A DNA stretch of 64,000 nucleotides from Obrimoposthia wandeli (lineage: Eukaryota): assembly GCA_977020255.1 (NCBI GenBank), contig CDROCS010003074.1:248001-312000 (forward strand). Direction: 5' to 3'. Shown in pieces: positions 29,201-41,200 of the stretch. Under the pieces are notes generated by a model. It was not told the origin of the DNA and ran no database searches. It worked only from the letters and a program-made list of their open reading frames with translations. Position 1 is the stretch's first letter. Every line of letters starts with the position of its first letter. The translations under genes were made by a program, and so were the position numbers.

Positions 29201-32200
29201 AGATTGCATTTCTTTGAGTTAGAAAGTATGTAAGTATATCTACATTATGATTTTTTACAAAGTTTGTAAAAGCCGTTTATAAACTGCGTATTTCTACTGA
29301 TAAATAGTTTGGTTCTTTTCCTTGAGCATTTAATACCTTTTATTGTGGGTCTGTATTTTTGCATTTCTTGAACTTTGCAACCATGGATTGTTGGCTCATA
29401 ATTCCAGTTACACCATTGACAAGATTAATAGGGTCAAATACTTCATTTGCCTCTATTTGGTAGATGATACCTTGAGAAAAGAGCAGTATTGGACAGTTTT
29501 GGAGAACGAGTGAAAATTGGCCTTTTCATGCATGATTCATCCGTCTGCTATACAGCTGATATCATATCTAACTATCTGGAAGACAAGAGTGTAAGGTTGA
29601 TTGACTAGCCTAGGAAAGATTCAGATTCTGGAAATCTTAGGAAGGCAGAAAACAATCGATGGAAACATAAAAATATAATAACAAAACAGTAGCTCATATC
29701 TAGAATCATTTAAAATCGAAATCGGGGCGCTAGTCTCCACTAAACTCTTAACAAACTTATCGAATCAAGATTTTGTTTAAAGTAAGCGCCAAGGAGAGCA
29801 CAAAAATATAATAACAAAACATTATTCAGTCAATTTAATGGAATTACAAGTATATGTTAGCGGAAAAGGGCATAATTATCATTAAGCATATTTTCTAAGC
29901 AGTTAGCATAATTTGTGCTTATTTTGAAAATAAATCAGGCATAAACCCCTAAGTGATTTTTTAAAATAAAATATAGAAGCCATTTTATTATAAATTTTAT
30001 ATAATTATGTATAAATAAATTCCATATGATTACATCACAATTTATTGCTACAAGTAATGAGAAATGATAGTGACTGGTACACAATAATATATTCTTTAGG
30101 CTAGGGGTTCCTCGAGCCGAAATTTGATTTGAAAAAAAAATTACAAAAATTGGTGTTAACGTTACCAGATCATAGGCCCACTATAAATACTTCATTAGTT
30201 AAACTTTAAATTTTTATTCATTTTTCAATGTAAATAATTTTATTTTTCACTTTATGTTTTTAAGTATTTTTAAATATAGGGATTCCAATAATTTTTAAAT
30301 ATTCCCAAAGGATTTCGCGGCCAAAAATGTTTTGGAACCCCTGCTTTAGGCAATTACAGCTGTTGGATTTGCATTATACCACAGCACTACAATTGCACCG
30401 ACTTAAGCCTTGACCTCCAGTGACGTTGCTCTTTGCCACGATTTCTCTGAGGGTTCTTTGACATCTTCAAGATTGAGTAGTCTTCCTTTACATACGGAAT
30501 ATTGACCTCTTTTGACAAAGTGCCGCTTAATTGGTCATATTTTGTTGATTCTTTCACTGATTTCTCTTTTTTCTTGACGACTGCTAAAATATTTTGACCT
30601 TGTTTCCTTAACTTTTTCTCTTTGGATATAAATTATTTTTTACTTCAATGTCTGTCTCGGCATCTACGTCTCTTTTTGTGTCTATGTCTTCTCCAGCATT
30701 ATCTTCATCACCGTCTGCTCCAGCATTTATATCTACTCATCACCGTCTGCTCCAGCATTTATATATATTCATTTGCTGACAATGTCTGATTGATACACCT
30801 TTTTCTTCAGTTTCCATTGTGTCTCGAATATGTTGTGGAAAGGTAGCAAAAGCGCTGGGAGCAATTTTTGCTTGTTGACTAAAAAGAGTTACACATGAAC
30901 TGGTTTTTGTTCCACTTTTAAGCCCAGTATTTGTCTGAAATTGTACGAATTAGCAACTGATTGACAAACGTTTTGAGTTGTTTTTTCTTTCCATGCATTC
31001 AGCATATCTTTAATATCAGTGTTGGATCTTTCAACGTTACTACTGGATGGAAGGTGTAAGACGACCATGAGCTATGTGCAATCCTCACCACATTTGCTTC
31101 AATTCGCCTACCACACAGCAACAAACTCTGCCAATGTTGCTCTGCCAAATGTCTATAGCTCCAAAAATGCTGAAGAGGAATACAACTTGAACTGTGACTT
31201 CAGCAACTCTTTTAGACTTTAGAGACCGTAGTTGTCCCAATTTCATGAAATGATCTTAGTAAACAAGTAAAAGGTTTAATTTATTAGATTGGCCTGACCA
31301 AGGCTATTAAATGTGTTAGTTCGAATCGGTTTACATACCACGGCTTCTACCATGTGCTTCTTTTTCTAGAATATTTTGTAGAATGACAGAAGTGGTCCAA
31401 ACGATTTTTGCGATACATTTGCTAAATAAAGCTCCGTTACTCGATGTAGCATGTGATTGATTCCTCCGTATCCAGTCTCGGAATGTGTAGTTCTATGTAA
31501 ATGAAGATGGCTTGATTCTTCCTGCTGATTATTCTTAACAAACTTCCTACTCTTGAAACGTATTTCTGCTTAATAAGCTCATAGTCACATGTTTTCTTTT
31601 TTCTTTTCTCCTATCAGTTGCTTCAGATACTCAAGGTCTTCGTAATACTTTTTTCTTGGCTTCCATTTTGATTTTTTTAAACATAAGGTTAGCAAATTCC
31701 TCTTCGGTATTCGTCATTATGTTGTGTTTTTAATTTATACAAAAAATTTAAACTTCTTTAATCAAAGTTTTGACAAATCTTTAAAATTAAAATTGTTGGG
31801 GTTTCTATACGAAACTTGGTACAGATCCTCTTAATGTGCGGAGGGCCCCAACGTGAGTTCGAATAGAAGCAGGTCTTAAAGTTGGTCGTGGCCTACTTAG
31901 TTTTATGGTTGCCTAATCTCTTGTACTATCTGAAGGTATTTGATTTGGTGTCTCTTATTCTGAAGGGTGCAAAATAACTTGTTCTAATGTAGGAAATTGT
32001 TTATTGGTAACACACTAAACTAAAACACAACAATACGTTTACGTACGTATTTTCTAAAAAGTATAGTAAAATTCCTAAGACTTCTGTAAGTCTCTACAAC
32101 AAGTGGGGATGAACCACGTATCGATTTTATTTTAGGTTCAATCAATTTCGTAGAGTCTCTACTCAATTTTGGGGTTACGTTCAAGGTTATAATTTTTGTT

Positions 32201-35200
32201 TACTTCCAAAATCTGTTTACTAAAAATCACTAATTCAAATTCACTTTTTGTTTACTTCAAAATCTGTTTACCAAAAATCACTAATTCAAATTCACTTTTT
32301 GTTTACTTCAAAATCTGTTTACTAAAAATCACTAATTCAAATTCACTTTTTGTTTACTTCAAAATCCGTTTATTAAAATCACTAATTCAATTCACTTTTT
32401 GTTTACTTCAAAATCTGTTTATTAAAATCACTAATTCAATTCACTTTTTGTTTACTTCAAAAATCCGTTTATTAAAATCACTAATTCAAATTCACTTTTT
32501 GTTTACTTCAAAATCTGTTTACTAAAAATCACTAATTCAAATTCACTTTTTGTTTACTTCAAAATCTGTTTACTAAAAATCACTAATTCAAATTCACTTT
32601 TTGTTTACTTCAAAATCCGTTTATTAAAATCACTAATTCAATTCACTTTTTGTTTACTTCAAAATCTGTTTACTAAAAATCACTAATTCAAATTCACTTT
32701 TTGTTTACTTCAAAATCCGTTTATTAAAATCACTAATTCAAATTCACTTTTTGTTTACTTCAAAATCTGTTTATTAAAATCACTAATTCAAATTCACTTT
32801 TTGTTTACTTCAAAATCTGTTTACTAAAAATCACTAATTCAAATTCACTTTTTGTTTACTTCAAAATCCGTTTATTAAAATCACTAATTCAATTCACTTT
32901 TTGTTTACTTCAAAAATCCGTTTATTAAAATCACTAATTAAAATCACTTTTTGTTTACTTCAAAATCCGTTTATTAAAATCACTAATTTAATTCACTTTT
33001 TGTTTACTTCAAAATCCTGTTTATTAAAATCACTAATTCAAATTCACTTTTTGTTTACTTCAAAATCCGTTTATTAAAATCACTAATTCAATTCACTTTT
33101 TGTTTACTTCAAAAATCCGTTTATTAAAATCACTAATTAAAATCACTTTTTGTTTACTTCAAAATCTGTTTATTAAAATCACTAATTCAATTCACTTTTT
33201 GTTTACTTCAAAATCTGTTTACTAAAAATCACTAATTCAAATTCACTTTTCTACGACTTTTCGGCTCACCTTCTATTCAATTCCAATTAGAGATTTCCGC
33301 GAGGCGAACTGTCTGCGAACTGTCTGAGTAATTCCCTCAAATATTAATTGCTCTGGCTCGATTCAATTTGGTCGACTCTGAATTCTCCGAGTTTTTGTTC
33401 TCTGGCGAGCTGTCTGAGTAATTTCCTCCTGGCTCGATTCAATTTGGTCGACTCTGAATTCTCCGAGTTATTGTTCTATTAATAAAGGTTAATTCCTTTC
33501 CAATTTATGTATTTTACCTCTGGCGAGCTGTCTGAGTAATTTCCTCAAATATTAATTGCTCTGGCTCGATTCAATTTGGTCGACTCTGAATTCTCCGAGT
33601 TATTGTTCTCTGGCGAGCTGTCTGAGTAATTTCCTCCTGGCTCGATTCAATTTTTTGTGTGTAATTTAGTAAGTAGATCGACTTATATCTACTCCTGGTT
33701 GCCAATCACTTTGCAATCAATTTCTGCAGCACCTGTCTCTTGACTATCGGAGGGACTCTTCACCTGGCTCTTAAAGTCGGTGCAATTAATGCAATGAATA
33801 AAAATATGCTTACTGTCAATTACTTTTCCCTTTCTTCGATTATTCAGACTTTGCTATTTTCTTTGCTTAGTTTTCTTAATTAACTTTTTTCGCTTTGCCT
33901 TTTGCTTTTTTGCACTTTTGGTTAATTAACTCTAAACTTATATACACCTCACACCATACACGACCTTCGTGGTCCTCCTAATTTTTACCCTAAATTCCAC
34001 TAATTTTTAATTCTAAAACTAAAATTAATATTTTAATTTAATTTTCAACCTTGCTTTCAAGGATTTTTATTTTAGTATTTAATCGACTAAAATATTTAAA
34101 TTTCTTAATTCTCAAACCTAACATACCTCGGGGGTTCCAAAAAAGTTACGTCCCCGGAACGTATCGATTTTACTTAAACAAGCCTTTGGCTGTTGATTTT
34201 AGGTTCATCCCTACAAAATCAATCATTCAACTTCAACAAACATGCCCAAAACAAAATTTCTCAAAATCCCGGTTTTTAGTGGGAAACACAATATATGATT
34301 TGGAGCAAGTCTCAAACCATACATTATTATCTATACACAAAACTACACGCATAACTATGATTAGGAAGGAAAGAAGGGAGGAAAGGATCAATTGTCATAT
34401 GTCAGGTCAATTGTAATTGTCGGCTGGTTCCGACTGGCCAGGTAGCGCAGGACCTGCTCCAGGGGTAGGTCGGGAAAGGACGGACTGTCCCCGTTGTACA
34501 GGTGTAGTTGTTGGCTCCGGGTTAGGTGTGGACTCTCGATGAACAGGTCGAAATGCTGCCCGTTCATGGCGTGATTTTCTATCCAGTGACGTCTGGTGAA
34601 CCACGAGTGACAGTCTCGACTAGACCGCCATCTCTCGCGGATGCCCAGTTGTGTGTCACGCCGGCGTGCGAGACACACGTAGCATTGGCAATGTATGCCA
34701 CCAATGCAGCTGGCAGGCGATCGGGTGCCCTTGTGCCTTCCACGGCTCTGGAGCGTCCATTTGGCAAAGGGTGTCCGGCACAGTGGACATGTGATATGGC
34801 CGGGGGGTCGAGCCTTGGCCCACAAATAGAGGCACTCCTCGTGGAATTTGTGACGGCAGCCGACAGGGGATGCTGATACCGCCCAAATCTTCTCCATGCA
34901 TACAGAACACTTCATCTGCATAAGAAAATAACTCCTTTCAATTTGGGGTTCACCGTTCTCATCGTTAATTTAAATTTTATTTCAAAATGAATCCTTAGTT
35001 ATCTAATCCTACCGAGTTTTGTTTCGATTTTAGGCATGTTTACGCATTCACACTAAGCATAAAAAATTGTCTTTTTTAGAAATTCAGTATAATAATTACA
35101 ATTTCAGTTAAACATCATACATAAAAATGGTAATGGTCAATTTACAGTTCACAAGATTATATAATTATGATTACAATTATGGTAGCTAATTTATCGCGGT

Positions 35201-38200
35201 ATGCGATACACAGGGTAGTTCATGATGTCACGTTCAAGTCAGAAAGTTACCTTCGATTATTGTTGGGAATTGGGCTGGCCTGTGCTTCGCTCCTCCACGC
35301 AGAACGAGCACCAGCAATCGCAGATGGTTTTCCAGCAGTGTACGATGGGTACCACTGCTTGGAGGCTGTCCTGGTTGTACACGTAGTGTACTGAGAAGGT
35401 CGCTCTGCACATCGGGCAGGTTGGGAAGTCGAGGGGTTGTTGCTGTTGGTTGGGGGGATCCACGTCTCGAGGCATTCGACGTGGAAGAGGTGGTCGCAGT
35501 TGTTGGGCTTGGTGTAGAAGTCCACGATGCTCTCGTAGCAGATGGAACATTCTCCAGACATTACTGTGGGAGGGTTGATGTTGAATTTGGGCTCGATTGA
35601 GGACTGGTGGTTGTGTGATGTTTACACAAAAGTGGTTTGATTTTGTCGATCTGATAAACAGTAATAACACCAACACTCTCCGAAATTCTTCCAACAGAAT
35701 ACCACCTGTACATATACATCCTCTTGGTTGGGTTCTAACATGATGAATCTTTAATGGGACTAAAATTTTGACCTTTTATTTTGAAAATATTTTTATATAC
35801 TTTTAAAATGAGGTATGTTTTAATATTTAATAGATTAAGATTTTTCTAAACTTTCCAATGTACTTAATTTGAAAGTCAGGGTGTGCATAATATTTTTTTT
35901 GCAATTTTTGCATTGCGACAGAACCCTAAATCGGGGGTGTACACAAGAGTGTATTATACACAACCTTTTACGGTGTATGTATAATATTTTAAAAATAGAA
36001 GTTGCACAGATTTTAGTAATAAACACTTAAATTACATTCGCATCTTTAGAAATTGGAAATTGAAACCAGGTTGTGTTTTTTGAAATATATATTTTCAATT
36101 ATGAATACAGTAGATGAAAAAAAGCTCTTTAGAACTGTTTTTACATGGAATACTTTGATCAAATTGCACAAAATGTTTTCTAGGGAATTTCTAGTGATCA
36201 TATATCTTTGGTATTATGTGTATGACTTAATTATGCAAAAGTTAGACTAATTGTATCGAATTACGAGTAGAAAATCGTGCTTGATTGTTTGAAGATAATA
36301 CTTTAATAATACATAGCCAATTGTTTATCAAATTTGTTTCTTATCGCTAAAAGTTTTATTTTACAATGTAAATCGTAAATTCTTTTCTGGTTCATTTTTC
36401 TATATCTTCAACAAAATATGTTTAATTTATTTTATGCGCACTATTAAAATTTGCTAACAGTAAATGTTTTAAATTGTTTATCAAGAAGCAATTTGTAAGA
36501 TGTACTTGTCAATAAGATTTGATATAAATAAACGATGTTTAATTAGTTAACCTTATTTTTATTGTTAAAGATTTAGTAATTTATGTAATATTTTAAAACG
36601 GCAAATATAAATATTACATAAATATATTATATATAAATAAAAGTAGTAAACTATACATTAAAATAATTTGAATTTTATTTAAGAGTACTCTTTATTCCCA
36701 TTGACATAGTTGTCTTTCAACACCATTGAATGAAACAAATATCGCTAGATAGTCTCCGTAAACCCAAAGAAAAGTAACATTTAAAAATATAATGATGAGA
36801 AAATTTAAATAAATTAATGGTTATGAGGAGCTAATATTTTAACATTGTTTCTGCAATTATCTTCGAAAGTTCTTTGTAAGTATGGTACTGATTTGGGATT
36901 TCCACTTTTAAATTCTAACTTTTTACCAATGCACTAAATTTTAATATGCATATAAATAAAGGATTACAAATTCAAATTATTTTGAGGTGTTATAACCTTC
37001 TCAAATAATTGTATACTTTCGGGAATTTATTGAGACCTTTGCCGACATTACGATAAGGTCATTACATAATTGGAATCCAGTGAATCATTTAAAATCCTCA
37101 CTATGTTTTGTCAAATAATAACATTCCTGCAACGAGAGTGATAATAAATGGAACAATAAGTCACCAACTCCAAAAGACATTGAATCAAATCTAGTACGAA
37201 ACGTCAAGCATCATGAGTACAATACCTTCTACATTGGAGAGTTCGTGTCATCTTTGAACTACATGGGGATCAGGAGATCCTAAAAAATATTTAAAATATC
37301 CTGCTAAAATATTTTTTAAACGCTGCAACTTTACATATATAACTCAAAAATAGGCTAATGTTTTTAACAGATAGAAAATTTGACTTAAAAATTTTATTAT
37401 AGATACACATGGTAATAATATAGTAATTTACATTTCCAGGAAGAAAATTCCGATCATTTCTTAGCTATTTCTTGTATTGATAAAAACTTCTTTCTGCTGC
37501 ACTGGTATGTTAATAAGTTAAACCGTGCCTGTTTGTTTCTAAATATTTCAATAATAATCAATTGCGTACCAAACTATTTAATTATGAATATTTCCTTCAA
37601 TATGAATACATTCTAATAAATAATAAGTTTTTGGCTGATTAATATATCTTGCTAAAATTTTCAAATAGTGGTTTACTTCATTGTACTTTCGTCAGCACAG
37701 ATAAATAATTTTGTTGTAAAATCATTTAAATACTTAGCTTAAGTTTGATAGCTAGCTGTAATAAATTTTGACGACAATTTCTTTCAGAAGGACACTTCTT
37801 ATCTATTTGAGCGAGTAATGTTCAAATCGATTCGTGCTTTAACTCATATAAAGGGATGTCAGCTTCCAAAAAGGCTTTAGTTACTTCTTCAGTATAATTT
37901 GACGTAGGTATAAAAGATTGTGAAGTTATTTTTGTTTCGGAATAAAAACTTATCACTTTTGTGACTGATCAAAGAATCTTTTTCTCACAATATACAATTG
38001 TGGAACATAGATTACGATATAATTCCTCGTTTAGAGATTCGATAAACTCTTCGGAAATTTCCTTCGTATTCAGTCGGACATTACATATATAAAACTTTAC
38101 AACTATTTATGTTGCATTAATTATTTTTTAATGGAAAATGAACCTAATTAAACATTTTGAGATAATTAACCGTAGGCTATAAAATGGTAATTTTGCAAAA

Positions 38201-41200
38201 TTATAGGTATATTTGTAAGCTCGAAAACGTTTAGTTGATTCTTCATTTGCATAACAAAAATTTTAACTAATTATTATCTTGTATTTAAATTCATTGAATT
38301 GAATATCTAAAATTAAAATAGTTTAAAACAAAATCCTAGTTACAGTCTTATAAAAATATTGAATTTAGCACTAATATTTAAAGTGTAAATGTTTGAGCAG
38401 TGTATAAAGCTTGCAGACCATATATTTGGTGATAAATAAATGCTAGTTTTAACAATAATTAATTGAAAGATTTACCAGTCTTTCTGTCTATGTAGGTCGT
38501 GACTCAAAGGTCGCTGTTATGCAGTTGTCTGAGCTACGGAGACAATCGGATATTTTGCCTCTTTCCAAAGCCGACATGAAACGTTTCTGTATGGACCGCA
38601 CAAAAGGTTCGTGTGTCTTTAACTAATCATATATTTTATTTACATATCGATCTTTGCAAATCAAGGGTTTTACATTTTCTTTATTCCACTTACAAATTAT
38701 TTATGAAAATGCTTTTAAATAGCCTATTTTAAAATTATCTTTTGAAAATTGATTTAATTAATTATTGATTACAGATAATTAATTGTCCGTCTTGAATAAT
38801 GCAGGCTGCCACCTGTTTGAGCTGAGTCGCGCTCATATCCAGCCAGTTCGGCTGGTGGTTGCTGTCAATCGCCGCCTCCAGATATACGCCTGGCGATGCA
38901 CAACTGCCTGCAGCTCCCTATCGTCCTGGAACCAGTTCACAAGCAGCGCTATTATTGCTTCCTTCCATTTTGTCAGGGTGAGTCTCTATTGAGCTCTGAA
39001 AGGGTAGCTAGAGAAAGGTTTCATGCCTGTTTAAAGGTTAACTGTGTAAAAGCTGTTGGTGTATATCTGAAGGAGACTTCTGCAGGAGTTGCCGACATTT
39101 GAGATGGCACAAGTCGTATCAGTGCTGGACTCCAACTCAGGTGTTCACTTGTGCATCGGCTACAAGAACCAGTTTGACCTGATACACGAGAAATCCGGCG
39201 ACACGGTGCATCTGTACCGCACTGACATGCTCTCTCGCTCCGCACCCATATCGATCCTGGACCTCTATTCAGAGGAGGAACCGGAGCTGCTGCTTTGCTA
39301 CAACAGTACGTATCGTTCAGACCGACTGTATATCGTCGTCAGAACTCTTGATTTCTTTTGCCATGTACCTACCGAAGTCGTGTTCAGTTTCCTCGACACA
39401 CATTCGACACATGCTATCTTCTGAAGACTTTTCTACTTGTCTACTTGTCCAATCAGATCCAAATAGGTCGGTCCACCCAATTGTTGCTCGAAATCCAAAT
39501 CATCACAACACAATTACTCTTGTTTAGCCTTTTCACCCCCCTTACACCTGAACAAATGCCATTACATTTTATACCAGACTCTGTTCGTCACTATAAACAC
39601 ATTCTTCTAATCGTCACTGTACTAAACTAGCCAACTGGGACAGAAACACAATGGTTATATTTTGTCTTGATTAAACAATCGCATCACGTTTTTATGCATT
39701 TACTTTCAGGCATCGATAATTGAAGCAAACATCCGAAATAGGCACAAATATCCTCCCTACCTTCGATTCTGCCGTAGCCTTAGTTCCTAAATTCACTGTG
39801 TTGCTTGTTTATGTTGAAACCCCAGCTTCCCACATACGCAACGACTGTGCCATGGTTTGTTGTGCTACACACTGAGAAACGAAACATTTGACAAACGATG
39901 ATGGTGTACGTGATAATTTCAACTTTGTTAGATTTAATATACCATTGTTTTGAAGCTAAGATGCCCTATCGTTGAACTTCATATGCATCTTCTAGGTTTA
40001 ACAGATACTACCTTCCACAACGGTTGGTTCCTCTATCACAGTCTATGGACAGTCTTCTCTATCTTTAAACTCATCTTTAATACAGCACAGTATTTTATAA
40101 TGATCCCATCAAACAAAATCGATTACGGGAGAATTTTGTAAAGGAAATTTGGTAAAGATTACTTGGAACCTGACTGATTATCCCCATCCTGAATAATTTC
40201 AGTTGTTGTTGGTTCTTCAGTTTTTGTTCAGTTATTATTATTTTATTCAACAATTCTCTCTACAACAAGTCTTAATTCATATATAATTTCCTATTTAATT
40301 AATTTGAATCTCTTTATGCAGGAACTTGTCACTTTCAAAAAATCCGCAAAGCCAACCAAAGTCCTGATGCGCCTGGAAATACAGAGGCCGATTTCAGTTG
40401 GAACTTTGAGCCTAAAAATATCAGTAAGTACACAATAATTTTTACAAATAAATCATTAAAAAAACTCATTACTCATTATCACAAAATGCTCAAAGAATAA
40501 TAATGCAGTTAAAAGCAACATTTGTCAGTAACAATTAGAAATATGCAAAAGACTCAGTCAAATATCTGGGATTTCTTCTTAATATGTATTCTCTAGTTAA
40601 CAATATTGTTAATAGCTATAACTATCAAAAAAGGCAAATAAGTAAAATCGGAATATATTTCTCAAAATAATGTTCATGAATGCTATCGTCACTTTTAGGT
40701 TTGACTCCCATTGTTAAGTACAGTACAATCTTCTGCAACTCTATCTTAACCGATTACATGTAATAATGGAAAAATCCGTGAGGATAATTTACAAATGATT
40801 CATAAAAAAATGGTCAAAATCTATATAACTACATTAACTTCGGAAAGAATGGTGACATTGAGTAAAAATACTTTTGCTGATTCTTCAGATATATGCAAAT
40901 AAGCAATAAAATAGTTTTCCATTAGCAGTAAGGAAGTGGAATGAGTTAGAAACACTCAGAATACACATAAAGATGTTTCCGTTTAGAGAATACTACAGTT
41001 AACTTTCCAAAGTTGCTGATTTGTGGAGCACCTTTGAATAATAATTATTACACTTTTAAAAAATTAGTGAAATTTTAAATATATGTTTTGTTACAAATCT
41101 CAAAGAAGGAAAAAACTTTATAGATGAAGATTGCTTGGATTGTGTAGTTGGAGACATTTTAGAAAATCGATAGTTAGTTAGCGAGTAAATATAGATCTTC

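Noticed and set aside
32196-32525. 109-aa repetitive ORF (KICLLKITNSNSLFVYF)n
   Set aside because: By-product of the 51-bp unit; 50-bp variants break the frame.
33672-33693. 22-bp AGTAG...CTACT hairpin preceded by ttagta, resembling an ultra-minimal Polinton end pair
   Set aside because: The right flank (cctggt) does not duplicate the left, so there is no TSD; short enough to be chance.
31794-35740. TG...CA-bounded block as a giant solo LTR
   Set aside because: Flanks aaaat and tgatg give no TSD; there is no PBS or PPT.
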